Shown here piece after piece: positions 1-10,610 of a stretch of 64,000 nt of DNA (position 1 is its first letter; every line of letters begins with the position of its first letter). Origin of the DNA: Verrucomicrobiota bacterium (GTDB taxonomy: Bacteria > Verrucomicrobiota > Kiritimatiellia > RFP12 > UBA1067); assembly GCA_050874585.1 (NCBI GenBank), contig JBNMKZ010000004.1, positions 7 to 64,006 of the forward strand, written 5' to 3'. The notes under the pieces are model-generated. The model was not told the DNA's origin and searched no databases. It worked only from the letters and a program-made list of their open reading frames with translations. Both the position numbers and the translations under genes were made by a program.

Positions 1-84
1 GTCTGGCCGTTTCTTGCGGGTTCGGCGGGCGGTCTTCTGACGGGCTGCTCGATTACCGGCAGCGGTCTTGGGCTGACGCTCTGA
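1..84 (+). CDS. 3' end of an upstream CDS entering the window (product unknown)
   Basis: Frame 1 is open from the window edge to TGA 82-84. A GC-rich hairpin follows. The fragment is too short to identify. Confidence 0.3.
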   Translation, partial: VWPFLAGSAGGLLTGCSITGSGLGLTL

Positions 85-90
85 CCGCAA

Positions 91-120
91 GCCCCGTCCG
101 GGGATTCCCCCGGGCGGGGC
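91..120 (+). terminator. GC-rich nested hairpin, possible terminator without a clear U-tract
   Basis: GCCCCG-T-CCGGGG-att-CCCCGG-G-CGGGGC read directly from the sequence. Confidence 0.3.
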
Positions 121-248
121 AAATTAAAGTGTCGTTGGAGTTTTTGACCCCTAAAATTGACCGACCCCATGGAAACAGGTGGGCGGCCGTCATTTTCAAA
201 ACTGGGGAGAATCCAGACTTTCTGCAATGGACGCGAAGGGGCGGGGCG

Positions 249-257
249 TGATATAAT
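249..257 (+). promoter_or_regulatory. extended -10 promoter TGATATAAT for dapA (leaderless geometry)
   Basis: TATAAT at 252-257 ends 6 nt before ATG 264. There is no room for an SD. Confidence 0.6.
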
Positions 258-263
258 ATAGGT

Positions 264-1139
264 ATGAAACTATCAGGTACCATAACTGCGCTCATTACGC
301 CGTTTACGGCGGACGGACAGGTCGATTACGGCAAGCTCCGTGCGCTTGTCGAAAAACAGGTCGAAGGTGGTGTCGAGGGCATTTGCTCGGTCGGTACGAG
401 TGGCGAGTCGCCGACGCTTTCCCATGAGGAGCACCACAAGGTCATTGAGAAGACCATTGAATTTGCCGCCGGCAAGGTGAAGATTGTCGCTGGAACGGGA
501 GCGAACTCAACGGCCGAGGCCGTTTCGCTTACTCGGGCGGCCATTTCGATGGGCGGGGCCGATGCCAGCCTGCAGGTTACGCCCTACTACAACAAACCGA
601 ATGCCGAGGGGCTCTACCGGCACTTCATGACGGTCGCCGACCTTGGTCTGCCGGTTGTACTCTACAACGTGCCGGGGCGGGCGGGTAAGGAAATTCCGCT
701 GGATGTGGTGGCGCGCTTGGCAAAGCACCCGAACATCGTCGCCATCAAGGAGGCGGCGGGTTCCGTGGAACGCGTGTCGGCCATCAAGAACCTTGTGCCC
801 GACTTCACGGTTCTCTCCGGCGATGACTCGTTGGCTCTGCCGATGATTTCGGTTGGTGCCGAGGGTGTCATTTCCGTCGCGTCGAATGTTATTCCGCGCG
901 AAATGGGAGAAATGATTCGCCTGGCATTGGCCGGTGACTTCGTGAAGGCCCGCGCCTATCACGCGAAGTACTATCCTCTTTTCCATAACCTTTTCATTGA
1001 CGTGAATCCCGTGATGGTCAAGGAGGCCCTGTGGCTCATGGGACGCATTGAGCGTTCCTTCCGCCTGCCGCTTTGCGAGACCTCCGAAAAGAATGTGGAG
1101 ATCCTGCGGGGTACGCTGGCTCAGTTGGACCTTGTCTAA
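264..1139 (+). CDS. dapA: 4-hydroxy-tetrahydrodipicolinate synthase
   Basis: 291-aa ORF, DapA-like along its whole length (GTSGESPTLS, VAGTGANST, YNVPGR, IKEA Lys region). Confidence 0.95.
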   Translation: MKLSGTITALITPFTADGQVDYGKLRALVEKQVEGGVEGICSVGTSGESPTLSHEEHHKVIEKTIEFAAGKVKIVAGTGANSTAEAVSLTRAAISMGGADASLQVTPYYNKPNAEGLYRHFMTVADLGLPVVLYNVPGRAGKEIPLDVVARLAKHPNIVAIKEAAGSVERVSAIKNLVPDFTVLSGDDSLALPMISVGAEGVISVASNVIPREMGEMIRLALAGDFVKARAYHAKYYPLFHNLFIDVNPVMVKEALWLMGRIERSFRLPLCETSEKNVEILRGTLAQLDLV

Positions 1140-1164
1140 CGGAAAGCGGAGTACATTGTTCGGT

Positions 1165-2277
1165 ATGGTTCGGCTTCTCGCAATTTTCGTCTCGTTTGCC
1201 GCGATTTCGCTTTGTGCACAACAGAGCGAAATCGCTCGCTTTGACGCGGCGATGGCGCAGGATGGCGTTGTTGTGACGAACGGCATGAAGTGGATTGACG
1301 GCCGATGCCTGCCGATTGAGGGACGGGCCTTCACGGATGTCGACCACTACTACGACCGACTGCCGTCGGATGTGACGACGAACGTCAATGCCGGTGTGCG
1401 TACGATGAAGCATCACACGGCGGGAATGCAGTTCCGCTTTACGACTGATTCGCGGCGGCTTGCCCTCAAGTGGATACCCTACAATGCGGGACTGTCGATG
1501 GACCACATGCCGGCGACTGGCGTCAGTGGAGTTGACATCTATCGGCGGGATGCGGCGAACGGAAGGTGGCGGTATGTCAAGACGGGGCGGATTTGGGATG
1601 CCCGCCAGGGTGGAACGCTTGAAATCCCCTGGACGCCGGGCGAGGCTTGCCTCATCAACCTTCCGCTTTACAATGGTGTCAAGTCCGTGACGCTTGGCGT
1701 TGAGACGAATGCGACGGTTTCGGCACTTGCGCCTCGGTCAAATGGGGTTGTCAAGCCGGTAGTCTTCTATGGGACGTCCATTACCCATGGGGGGTGCTGC
1801 TCACGCCCGGGCATGTCGTTCGTCAATATCGTTGGGCGCGAACTTGATGTCCCCGTTGTCAATCTTGGCTTCTCCGGCTCTGGGCGGATGGAGTTTGAGA
1901 TGAGCGAGCATCTTGCGCGAATTGATGCGAGTTGCTATGTCCTCGACACACTGTGGAATATGAACGACAGCCTTGTTGAAGAACGGTATGAGCCGTTCAT
2001 TCGCAACCTTCGTGCGAAGCGTCCGGGTGTGCCAATTGTGATGGTTGAATTTTATAGCGTTCATTCCGAGTGGCAGTCGTCAATGGACAGGACGATTCGG
2101 AAACTTTACGAAAAGCTTCTTTCCGAAGGCTGGGATCATCTTGTCTATTTGCCGCGCCGCGGCATGTATGTGGATGATGAGGGGACCGTGGACGGGGTTC
2201 ATCCGAACGACTGGGGAATGGTTTCCCTTGCCAAGGGTTTTGAAAAGTCAATTAGAGAAGCATTGGAACTGAAATGA
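1165..2277 (+). CDS. secreted SGNH/GDSL-family hydrolase
   Basis: Internal ATG 1165 gives the signal peptide MVRLLAIFVSFAAISLCAQQ. SGNH blocks GTSITHG, GFSGSG and DGVHPND are present. The track ORF start at 1048 overlaps dapA. Confidence 0.8.
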   Translation: MVRLLAIFVSFAAISLCAQQSEIARFDAAMAQDGVVVTNGMKWIDGRCLPIEGRAFTDVDHYYDRLPSDVTTNVNAGVRTMKHHTAGMQFRFTTDSRRLALKWIPYNAGLSMDHMPATGVSGVDIYRRDAANGRWRYVKTGRIWDARQGGTLEIPWTPGEACLINLPLYNGVKSVTLGVETNATVSALAPRSNGVVKPVVFYGTSITHGGCCSRPGMSFVNIVGRELDVPVVNLGFSGSGRMEFEMSEHLARIDASCYVLDTLWNMNDSLVEERYEPFIRNLRAKRPGVPIVMVEFYSVHSEWQSSMDRTIRKLYEKLLSEGWDHLVYLPRRGMYVDDEGTVDGVHPNDWGMVSLAKGFEKSIREALELK

Positions 2278-3632
2278 GTATGAAAGTCTACAACAGTTTG
2301 ACGCGTTCCATCGAGGACTTGAAGCCACTCAAGGACAACGAGATTCGCCTTTATACCTGTGGTCCGACCGTCTACAATTTTGCGCACATCGGGAACTTTC
2401 GGGCCTACGCCTTTGAGGACATCTTGCGCCGTGTTATCCAGTTCAATGGCATGAAGATTCGCCAGGTGATGAATCTGACGGATGTGGATGACAAGACGAT
2501 TCGGGGCGCCAATGCCGCGAATGTGAAGTTGACGGACTATACGCAGACCTACAAGGATGCGTTCTTCGCCGACCTCAAGAAACTCAATATCCAGCCCGCC
2601 GAGGTCTATCCGGCGGCAACGGATCACATTCCCGAAATGATTGCGATAGTCGAGAAACTCGTGGAGAAGGGCATCGCCTATCGGAGTGAGGATGGGTCGG
2701 TCTATTTCAACGTTCGCAAATTCCCGGGCTATGGGAAGCTCGCCCACATTGACTTTGACAATCAGCGCACGGGGGCGCGGTGCGCGGCGGATGAGTATGA
2801 CAAGGAGAACGTCGGGGACTTTGCGCTTTGGAAAGCCTGGGAGCCGTCGGACGGGCCAGTCGGCTGGGATTCTCCGTGGGGACGCGGTCGTCCGGGTTGG
2901 CACATCGAGTGCTCGGCCATGTCGATGAAGTATCTCGGCGAGACATTCGACCTCCATACGGGTGGCATTGACAATCTCTTCCCCCATCATGAGAACGAAA
3001 TCGCACAGGCTGAGGCGGCGACGGGCAAGCCGTTCGTGAATACGTGGATGCATTGCGCCCATTTGCGGGTGAACGGCGAGAAGATGTCGAAGTCGGCGGG
3101 GAACTTCTTTACGCTTCGTGATCTGCTTGAGAAGGGGTATACAGGGCGGGAGATTCGCTACGTCCTCATCAACGCTCACTATCGGCAAGGGCTGAACTTC
3201 GCCTTTTCGGCTCTGGACGACGCGCGAAAGTCGCTCGCCCGCATTGATGCCTGCGTGGAGAAGGCGACGGAGGGTGAGATTCCCGACTGGGCGCAAAAGC
3301 ACGTGGACGACTTTACGGCGGCCGTGAATGACGACCTCAATACGCCGAAGGCGTTTGCCGCGCTCTTCGAACTCGTGCGCGAGACGAATTCGCATGGTGG
3401 CGGACCTGTGCTGGGGGCTTTCCGGCGCATGGACGAGGTGCTGGGCGTCATTTTCTTCGGCAAGGTCGCGAAGGCTGAGATTCCGGGCGAGATCCAGGCC
3501 CTGCTGACGGCGCGAGCCGAGGCCCGCAAGGCGAAGAATTGGGCCGAGAGCGACCGCCTGCGCGACGAAATCGCCGTCGCTGGCTGGATTGTCAAGGATT
3601 CAAAGGAGGGGCAGTCATGCACAAGGAAGTAA
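2274..3632 (+). CDS. cysS: cysteine--tRNA ligase
   Basis: Class I aaRS motifs HIGN and KMSKS; CysRS-like throughout; ATGA overlap with the upstream stop. Confidence 0.95.
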   Translation: MSMKVYNSLTRSIEDLKPLKDNEIRLYTCGPTVYNFAHIGNFRAYAFEDILRRVIQFNGMKIRQVMNLTDVDDKTIRGANAANVKLTDYTQTYKDAFFADLKKLNIQPAEVYPAATDHIPEMIAIVEKLVEKGIAYRSEDGSVYFNVRKFPGYGKLAHIDFDNQRTGARCAADEYDKENVGDFALWKAWEPSDGPVGWDSPWGRGRPGWHIECSAMSMKYLGETFDLHTGGIDNLFPHHENEIAQAEAATGKPFVNTWMHCAHLRVNGEKMSKSAGNFFTLRDLLEKGYTGREIRYVLINAHYRQGLNFAFSALDDARKSLARIDACVEKATEGEIPDWAQKHVDDFTAAVNDDLNTPKAFAALFELVRETNSHGGGPVLGAFRRMDEVLGVIFFGKVAKAEIPGEIQALLTARAEARKAKNWAESDRLRDEIAVAGWIVKDSKEGQSCTRK

Positions 3633-3922
3633 AGACGGAGGCGGAACTCAAGGATGCGATTGCCACGGGAAAGGTCCTGCTGGACTTTTGGGCAACCTGG
3701 TGCGGACCGTGCCAGATGATGGCACGGGCGATTGCAGACGAACTTGAGCCGAGAATGCCCGACTTGACCATCGTCAAGGTCAATGTGGATGAGGCTCCGG
3801 AACTCGCGGCAAAGTTTGGTGTCATGTCCATCCCTGCCCTTTTTTGCTATAATAATGGAGCAAAGACGGCGGAGTTCGTTGGTGTGACCCCTGTTTCGAG
3901 CATCGCGGCGGCTTTTAACTAA
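3617..3922 (+). CDS. trxA: thioredoxin
   Basis: WCGPC active site. ATG 3617 is preceded by the SD aaggagg. 101 aa. Confidence 0.9.
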   Translation: MHKEVKTEAELKDAIATGKVLLDFWATWCGPCQMMARAIADELEPRMPDLTIVKVNVDEAPELAAKFGVMSIPALFCYNNGAKTAEFVGVTPVSSIAAAFN

Positions 3923-3949
3923 TATCAAGAACTGGAATGGACTGAGATT

Positions 3950-5446
3950 ATGAATACGTATATGGATCGGTTTATGGAGGCCTTCCCCTACGAGGGATTG
4001 ACCTATGATGACGTGACGCTGGTGACGCAGTATGCGGACTTTTTGCCAGACGACGCCTCTCTTGAGACGAAACTGACGTCGCGCACGAAGATGAAAATTC
4101 CGTTTATGTCTGCCGCGATGGATACGGTGACGGAGGCCCCGATGGCGATTGCCATGGCACTGGCCGGCGGCATCGGGTGCATTCATAAGAACTTGGAGGA
4201 GGATGAGCAGGCCGCACAGGTCCGCCTCGTGAAGAACCACCTCAACGGCATGATCGAGAACCCGGTCTGTTTTCATGAGAACGATGACATCGGTTACCTG
4301 CGCAGCGAGAAGATTGCTCGCAAGTTGAAGTTCAACGGCTTCCCGGTACTGGACGACCAGAACCGTCTTGTCGGCATGATTACGTCGAGCGATATGCGGT
4401 TTGCGCCGATGAACGCGGCGAAACTGAAGGACGTGATGCAGAAGGGCCTGCTGACGGCCAAGCCGGGGACGACGCTGAAGGAGGCCTACGACCTGATGCG
4501 CGAGAACAAGATTGGCAAGCTGCCGCTCGTGGATCAGGATGGCCATATCGTTGGTCTTTACAGCTTTACGGATGTCAGCCGTATTGTTGAGAACGCCGCC
4601 GCGCCATCCAACTGTGATGACAAGTTCCGCCTGCGTGTGTCGGCATCGGTCTCGGGCGGCAAGGGCGACCTTTCGCGCATGGAGAAACTGGCGGATGCCG
4701 GTGTTGACGTGGTGGTCGTCGATTCGGCGCATGGGCACACGAAGGGCATCATGGACATGACGGAGTACATCGTCAAGCACTTCCCGAAGGTGGATGTCAT
4801 TGCCGGAAACATTGCGACGGGCGAGGCGGCGGTGGCCTTGGCCAAGTGCGGTGCGCATGCCGTCAAGGTTGGCATCGGGCCTGGGTCGATTTGTACGACG
4901 CGTGTCGTCTGTGGCGTGGGCATTCCCCAGCTGACAGCCGTCTACAACGCGGCGAAGGCGTTGCGCGGCACGGGAGTTGCGGTCATTGCCGACGGTGGCA
5001 TCAAGCTCTCGGGCGATGTTCCGAAGGCGTTGGCGGCGGGTGCCGACTCCGTGATGCTGGGGTCCGTCCTTGCGGGTACCGAGGAGTCCCCGGGCGAGAA
5101 AATCTACTCGAACGGCCGTCAGTATGTCGTCTATCGTGGCATGGGGTCGCTTGCCGCGCTCAAGAACGGCAAGGGATCGCGTGCGCGCTATTTCCAGGAT
5201 AACGAGTCCGAGGATGACCTCGTGCCGCAGGGCATCGAGGGCATGGTTCCGTACTCGGGTCACGTGAAGTCGATTATGACCCAGTTCTGTGGCGGCCTCC
5301 GTGCTTCGCTCGGCTACTGCGGTGCGAGGACGATTGCCGAACTCCAGGAGAAGGGCAAGTTCTTCCGCGTGACCACGGCGGGTCTGCGCGAGGCGCGTCC
5401 GCACGACATCACAATTACCAAGGAAGCCCCCAACTACCGGACCTAA
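3950..5446 (+). CDS. guaB: IMP dehydrogenase
   Basis: CBS pair plus the catalytic loop [11 protein letters not shown]; 498 aa. Confidence 0.95.
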   Translation: MNTYMDRFMEAFPYEGLTYDDVTLVTQYADFLPDDASLETKLTSRTKMKIPFMSAAMDTVTEAPMAIAMALAGGIGCIHKNLEEDEQAAQVRLVKNHLNGMIENPVCFHENDDIGYLRSEKIARKLKFNGFPVLDDQNRLVGMITSSDMRFAPMNAAKLKDVMQKGLLTAKPGTTLKEAYDLMRENKIGKLPLVDQDGHIVGLYSFTDVSRIVENAAAPSNCDDKFRLRVSASVSGGKGDLSRMEKLADAGVDVVVVDSAHGHTKGIMDMTEYIVKHFPKVDVIAGNIATGEAAVALAKCGAHAVKVGIGPGSICTTRVVCGVGIPQLTAVYNAAKALRGTGVAVIADGGIKLSGDVPKALAAGADSVMLGSVLAGTEESPGEKIYSNGRQYVVYRGMGSLAALKNGKGSRARYFQDNESEDDLVPQGIEGMVPYSGHVKSIMTQFCGGLRASLGYCGARTIAELQEKGKFFRVTTAGLREARPHDITITKEAPNYRT

Positions 5447-6205
5447 GTGAGCGCGAAAAAGGGAAAGTCGTTTCAGGATTACGGCCGTGAGTGGCTGGAC
5501 ACGCTGGTCGTCGCGATTTCGGTCGCGATGGCCTTCCGTGCTTACTTCTTTACGCCGTTCAACATTCCGACCGGCTCCATGCAGCCGACCCTCTGGGGTT
5601 ACCATACGGAGGCCGGAACCGAGAAAGGGTCATGGGACACTTTCCCCCTTTCGCTTCTCAAGTGGGCTTGGACGGGCGAGCGCGTCGTCGACTACCGTGC
5701 GCCGGCGAGCGGAACCGTTCGCTTTGCGCCGCGTAACGACGGGTTCGCCGATGTCGCCGTCGGGCTATCCCCCGAGGTCTTCAAGTTGCCAACGGATGCC
5801 TGTGCCGCGCTTCAGGGACGCTACTTTCGGGAGGGTGAGACGCTGTGGAAGGGCACGATTAAGACGGGCGACTTCATCTTCGTCAATCGCTGGATCTGGA
5901 ACTTTCGCCGCCCGCGTGTCAATGACGTGATGATTTTCTCAACAACCGGTATCGAAGGCCTTCAGCAGGGGACGCACTACATCAAGCGGATGAAGGCGAC
6001 GCCGGGCATGACATATCAGTTGGAGCACCCGATTGAGGGCGGTCCTCGTGCCGTGACGATGGGCGAAGACGAGTATTTCGCCTGCGGGGACAATTTCAAC
6101 AACAGTTTCGACAGCCGCTACTGGGGGCCAGTCCCTGGCACTAAACTGCGCGGGCTGGGCAGTGTCGTATTTTGGCCGTTTAACGGATGGAGGATAATAA
6201 GATGA
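5447..6205 (+). CDS. lepB: signal peptidase I
   Basis: Boxes GSMQPTL (Ser), IKRMKATPG (Lys) and GDNFNNSFDSRYWG. GTG start immediately after the guaB stop. Confidence 0.9.
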   Translation: MSAKKGKSFQDYGREWLDTLVVAISVAMAFRAYFFTPFNIPTGSMQPTLWGYHTEAGTEKGSWDTFPLSLLKWAWTGERVVDYRAPASGTVRFAPRNDGFADVAVGLSPEVFKLPTDACAALQGRYFREGETLWKGTIKTGDFIFVNRWIWNFRRPRVNDVMIFSTTGIEGLQQGTHYIKRMKATPGMTYQLEHPIEGGPRAVTMGEDEYFACGDNFNNSFDSRYWGPVPGTKLRGLGSVVFWPFNGWRIIR

Positions 6206-8736
6206 GCGAGCAGCTGATTCCGACACCAAGTGTTTTCGGTGAGACCGGCAACTTCCTGCTGGAGCGGGAACTCGGGCGCGGCGGTATGGGTGGCGTCTAT
6301 ATGGGACGCGACAAGATGCTGGATCGCCCCGTGGCCGTCAAGGTCATGCTGAAGGAGTACGGCTCGGATGCCGAGTTCGTTGAACGGTTCAAGCACGAGG
6401 CCCAGGCGGCGGCTCGGTTGATTCACCCAAATATCGCCCAGATTTACTCCTATGGCATTGCCGACGGGATGCCGTACATCGCAATGGAACTGGTCGCTGG
6501 CGGCTCGCTTGACCAGCTGATGCGTAATGCCCCCGGCAAGACGGATGTGCCGCGCATCATGAAGATTGGTGAGCAGGTCGCGCAGGCTCTCCGTTGCGCG
6601 GCGGATCAGGGGCTTGTTCATGGCGACATCAAGCCTGAGAACATTCTCTTGGATGCCAACGGCAATGCAAAGATTGTTGATTTCGGTCTCGCCGGGATGC
6701 AGAAGAATACGGACGAGATCTGGGGAACGCCCTACTACATCTCGCCCGAGAAGGTTCGCAAGGAGGTCGTCGACTATCGGGCCGATATGTACAGTCTCGG
6801 TGCGACGCTTTACCATGCCCTGACGGGCGTCGCTCCCTTTGAGGGCGAGGATGCGACATCAGTCGTCAAGAAGCGCTTTGAGGGAATGCCGAAGAAGCCG
6901 AGCGAGGTGCGCCCGGGACTCTCCCCGCAGATTGACGCGCTGATTATGACGATGCTGGCCTTTAACAAGGAGGAGCGTTTCCCCAGTTTCGAAGCCTTGA
7001 TTGAAGAATTCAAGAAGGTCATGACGACGGGCTTGACGACGACCCAGGCCGTCTCGACGGCATCCGTTGCAACTCCTGCGAAGACGGGAACGATGGTGCG
7101 TCCGACCGGCAAGCGGATGGTGGTTCACGGCAAGCGGACGATGACGATGAAGCGTCCGGTTTCGGCCCCGGTTCCGCCTGTGGAGGACGAGGAGGATGAC
7201 GAGGACGAGAAGGGTGGCGGCCTTGGCGCGAAGGTCGCCGGAGTCATCATCGGCGTTATCGTCGTTGTTGGTGGTCTTGTGGGTGGACTCGTGTGGTACA
7301 AGTCGCACGAGCGGAGTTCGGCCGATGCGGCCTACCAGACGACGATTGAGACGAACTGCAAGAATGCGCGGGAAGCCGTTGCGACGACCCGCAAGGCGGC
7401 GGCGGAATTTGCCGACAAGTTTGCGGCCTTTGCCCAGAAGGCGACGGACGGGTGTGTGAAGGCCTCGGGCGAACTTTCAAAACTGTTGCCTGAGTTCGCG
7501 GCGGATCTGAAACTGCCGCCGACGAAGGAGCTGCTCGATCTCATCGCCTCGACCAACGCGGCTGCTTCGACTGCGGAATCCCCGGCGGCAACCAATGGGG
7601 TGGCGGCCGCGTCAACGGGCGCGACCAATGCGGCTCCAGCGGCTGCGACTGCGCCAGCACCTGCGGCAACCGAAGCCCCGGCGGCGGAATCGCGCAAGTT
7701 GCCGGCAGTCGTCAAGGATATGCAGGCCATCTGGGAGAAAGCCTACAGCTGTCAGGCGAGTGCCATTCGTATTCATCTCGCAATGATGAAGGTCGTCGCC
7801 GAATGCGATAAGGCCAATGGGGTTGTGGGTCAGACGAAGGAGGCGATGGAGGCTCTCGGCAAGTTGTCGCAGGACACCAAGGATATGTACGAGCAGGCGC
7901 GTGGATCCAAGGATGTTGAGAATGTTGAGAAGGGCATCTCTTTCATCAACAGTCGAGGCGAGAGAGCTATCAAGAAGACGGTGGAGGAACTGCGCCTTGA
8001 GAAACTCCGTCAGGAGCGTGAGGATGCGGCGGCGCGTGCGGCGGCCGACGCGGCGGCCCGCCAGAAGAAACTCGAGGAGGAGCGGCGGCAGAAGATTGAG
8101 GCAGAGACGGCGTCCGTTCGCGAGAAGTTTGATGCAATTGCCGCGACGAAGACCTTCCGCCTTCTGGATTGGACACACGCCATTCGACAGCTGAAAGACC
8201 TCAAGTCCGAGTTCACGACGGCCGAGGGATCGCTCGCGGCGGATGATGAGATTCGTAAGGTTGAGGCGATGAAGACCGTCCAGGAAATCCTGATTCAGAA
8301 CATGGTCGGGTACAAGTTCCGCGTCAGGAGCAAGGAAAAGCCGTTGCGTGGCTGCGTCGTCAAGTCCGCCAACAAGAAGGAAATTACGTTGGTCGGTGCG
8401 GATGGAGCCTCGTCACGCAAGCTGACATGGCAGAAGTTCTACGAGAAATACCCGGGCAATCTGAATGAGTTGCTGAACAAGTATATTGTGGATGGGAAGG
8501 GGGCCTCGAAGTCCGGCGACGGAAAGTTGTCGGCCAAGGCATGGACCGAGGCGATGTTCGGCGCGGCACTGACGATGCGTCTCATCTGTTCGGATGTTCC
8601 GGGGGCGCAGGCGCGCAGTGAGCAGATGGTGCGGGAAGCCGTCAAGGGCTTCGATGACGAGGCGATGACGAAGACGGCGCAGCGGCTCTTCCCCGACATT
8701 GAGAATCTCGACCAGGCCTCGTCGACGGAAGAGTAG
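6202..8736 (+). CDS. membrane-anchored Hanks-type Ser/Thr protein kinase with a long coiled C-terminal region
   Basis: GRGGMGGVY, VAVK, HGDIKPENILL, DFG and TPYYISPE motifs. TM segment VAGVIIGVIVVVGGLVGGLVWY. Ala- and Glu/Lys/Arg-rich C-terminal half. ATG 6202 overlaps the lepB stop (ATGA); an alternative ATG lies at 6187. Confidence 0.85.
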   Translation: MSEQLIPTPSVFGETGNFLLERELGRGGMGGVYMGRDKMLDRPVAVKVMLKEYGSDAEFVERFKHEAQAAARLIHPNIAQIYSYGIADGMPYIAMELVAGGSLDQLMRNAPGKTDVPRIMKIGEQVAQALRCAADQGLVHGDIKPENILLDANGNAKIVDFGLAGMQKNTDEIWGTPYYISPEKVRKEVVDYRADMYSLGATLYHALTGVAPFEGEDATSVVKKRFEGMPKKPSEVRPGLSPQIDALIMTMLAFNKEERFPSFEALIEEFKKVMTTGLTTTQAVSTASVATPAKTGTMVRPTGKRMVVHGKRTMTMKRPVSAPVPPVEDEEDDEDEKGGGLGAKVAGVIIGVIVVVGGLVGGLVWYKSHERSSADAAYQTTIETNCKNAREAVATTRKAAAEFADKFAAFAQKATDGCVKASGELSKLLPEFAADLKLPPTKELLDLIASTNAAASTAESPAATNGVAAASTGATNAAPAAATAPAPAATEAPAAESRKLPAVVKDMQAIWEKAYSCQASAIRIHLAMMKVVAECDKANGVVGQTKEAMEALGKLSQDTKDMYEQARGSKDVENVEKGISFINSRGERAIKKTVEELRLEKLRQEREDAAARAAADAAARQKKLEEERRQKIEAETASVREKFDAIAATKTFRLLDWTHAIRQLKDLKSEFTTAEGSLAADDEIRKVEAMKTVQEILIQNMVGYKFRVRSKEKPLRGCVVKSANKKEITLVGADGASSRKLTWQKFYEKYPGNLNELLNKYIVDGKGASKSGDGKLSAKAWTEAMFGAALTMRLICSDVPGAQARSEQMVREAVKGFDDEAMTKTAQRLFPDIENLDQASSTEE

Positions 8737-8742
8737 GCGGCC

Positions 8743-9426
8743 TTGGCAGTTGACTTCTCCCGTTCAGTTGCCCTTCTGGGTGAGCAGACTTTCGACCGTC
8801 TCGCGCAGGTACGCGTGGCGGTCGTTGGTGTCGGGGGCGTTGGCAGTTGGTGTGCCGAGGCCCTGTTGCGCACGGGCGTTCGACACCTGACGCTCATTGA
8901 CGACGATTTGGTTGCGCCGAGCAATGTGAACCGTCAGTGTCCGGCAACGGCGCGGACGATTGGCCAGCCGAAAGTGCTTGTCATGCGTGACCGCCTGCTT
9001 GAAATCAATCCGGACGCGGATATTGTGGCAATTCCCGAACGTTATGTGGGGGGCGTACCTTGCGGCGGTGCGGTGGATGCCATTGCCGACGCAATCGATT
9101 CAGTGGATTGCAAGGCGGAACTGATTCTCGCCTCAACGGCGGCGGGCGTTCCAATCGTCAGTTCAATGGGCGCGGCACTTCGGTTCGATCCGACGAAAGT
9201 GGTAGTGCGTCGCTTCGATCGGATTGCGGGTGATGGTCTTGCCCGTGCCCTTCGGCAGAAGTTTCGTCGTCTGGAGCGGTTTCCATCCTCCAAGTTCATG
9301 TGCGTCACGACGGATGAACTCCCCGTGCGCCGTCCCGACCTCCGTACGAAGGGGAGTCTGATGACGGTGACGGCGACATTCGGCATGGTTCTGGCCGCCG
9401 AAGTCATGAAGACTTGCCTCAAATGA
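8743..9426 (+). CDS. tcdA: ThiF/MoeB-family protein, TcdA-like tRNA t6A dehydratase
   Basis: Rossmann motif VVGVGGVGSW. Size and sequence are TcdA/CsdL-like. Apparent TTG start. Confidence 0.75.
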   Translation: MAVDFSRSVALLGEQTFDRLAQVRVAVVGVGGVGSWCAEALLRTGVRHLTLIDDDLVAPSNVNRQCPATARTIGQPKVLVMRDRLLEINPDADIVAIPERYVGGVPCGGAVDAIADAIDSVDCKAELILASTAAGVPIVSSMGAALRFDPTKVVVRRFDRIAGDGLARALRQKFRRLERFPSSKFMCVTTDELPVRRPDLRTKGSLMTVTATFGMVLAAEVMKTCLK

Positions 9427-10610
9427 ACATCTGCTTTGAGACTTTTGGCTGTCGGCTCAACCGTGCGGAAGCACTGGAGGATGAGGCTCGCTATCTTGCC
9501 GAGGGACATCGTGTCGTTTCGACACATGCGGATGCCGATCTGATTGTGGTTCGTGGGTGTTCGGTGACGGCGAGGGCGCAGAAGGACTGTGAACGCCTGA
9601 TTCGCCATCTTGAACAGAAGTATCCGGCGAAGCGTATTGTCGTTGTTGGCTGTCTGCCCAGTGCCAAGCGTCGTTCGCCGCCCGCGCTTTCGGAGTCCTC
9701 GGTGGGGGCGATTCCGACGCGGACGGCCCGTGCCTACCTCAAGGTTCAGGATGGGTGTTCGGGGAGATGTTCGTTCTGCATTGTGCCGCAGTTTCGCGGC
9801 AAATCCGTCTCCATCCCCTTTGACGATGTGCTGGAGCGTGCGCGGCGGTTCATCGAGAGCGGCTATCATGAGATTGTCGTGACGGGTTGCAACCTGTCGC
9901 TCTATGCGTCGGGCGGTCGCCGGCTCCCCGAACTCGTGTCATCGCTTGCCGACCTCTCGTCCTCGTGTCGCATTCGCATTGGTTCGCTCGAGCCAGGGGC
10001 CTGTGCACAGGAGACGGTTCATGCAATGGCGGAAAGGCCGAACATTTGCCGGTTTCTCCATATCCCCGTTCAGTCGGGTTCGAATCGCATTCTCGCGGCC
10101 ATGCACCGCCCCTATCTCATTGCGGATGTTGATGCATTGATTTCCGCGGCGGTTCACACCATGCCGCTGATTGGCATCGGGTGCGACCTGATTGCGGGCT
10201 TCCCCGGCGAAACGGAACTCGACTTCCGCCAAACCCAGGGGTTTCTTGCGCGGCATCTTCTCGCGAATGCACACGTCTTCCCCTATTCGCCGCGACCGGG
10301 GACGCTTGCGGCCGGCTTGCCGGGCGCACTGCCGGAAGATGTCCGCCGCCAGCGGGCGCGGCAGTTGGCGGCGCTGGCGGACGAGAGTCGGCGCAAGTTT
10401 GCCAAGCGGTTTATCGGGCGGTTCGTCGATGTGGTCGTGGAGTCCGAATCGGCCCTCAAGGGCTGGACGTCCGAGTACCTGTGGTTCGAGCGTTCGCAGA
10501 TCGATTTGGTTGGAATGCGTCCGCTCGTCTCGCACCGCAAGGAGTCCATGCGCTTCCAGGTGAGAGCCGCGCATGGGGGCGTTCTCTACGGGGATGGGGA
10601 CTTGGTCTGA
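9423..10610 (+). CDS. mtaB: MiaB/MtaB-family radical SAM methylthiotransferase
   Basis: N-domain FETFGCRLN and radical SAM CSGRCSFC. ATG 9423 overlaps the tcdA stop (ATGA). Confidence 0.8.
   Translation: MNICFETFGCRLNRAEALEDEARYLAEGHRVVSTHADADLIVVRGCSVTARAQKDCERLIRHLEQKYPAKRIVVVGCLPSAKRRSPPALSESSVGAIPTRTARAYLKVQDGCSGRCSFCIVPQFRGKSVSIPFDDVLERARRFIESGYHEIVVTGCNLSLYASGGRRLPELVSSLADLSSSCRIRIGSLEPGACAQETVHAMAERPNICRFLHIPVQSGSNRILAAMHRPYLIADVDALISAAVHTMPLIGIGCDLIAGFPGETELDFRQTQGFLARHLLANAHVFPYSPRPGTLAAGLPGALPEDVRRQRARQLAALADESRRKFAKRFIGRFVDVVVESESALKGWTSEYLWFERSQIDLVGMRPLVSHRKESMRFQVRAAHGGVLYGDGDLV

Noticed and set aside
3179-5605. Very long antisense ORFs in the track, for example 3179-5605, 2199-3395, 13620-15041, 23288-24745, 24589-26082, 44787-46508, 46629-48209, 51989-52936 and 58671-59645.
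   Set aside because: Each lies opposite a confidently identified conserved gene (guaB, cysS, argG, V-ATPase A/B, dnaK, groEL, queA, the transposase). Their translations are Arg/Gly/His-rich low-complexity sequence, which is typical of shadow ORFs in high-GC DNA.
10181-10609. N-terminal extensions of track ORFs into the preceding gene, for example 10181, 1048, 3539, 11146, 12524, 18726, 25980, 33792, 36939, 46470, 48257 and 51911.
   Set aside because: Internal starts give proper signal peptides or conserved N-termini, SD sequences, or ATGA/GTGA coupling with the upstream stop. The extended portions overlap upstream coding sequence in another frame.
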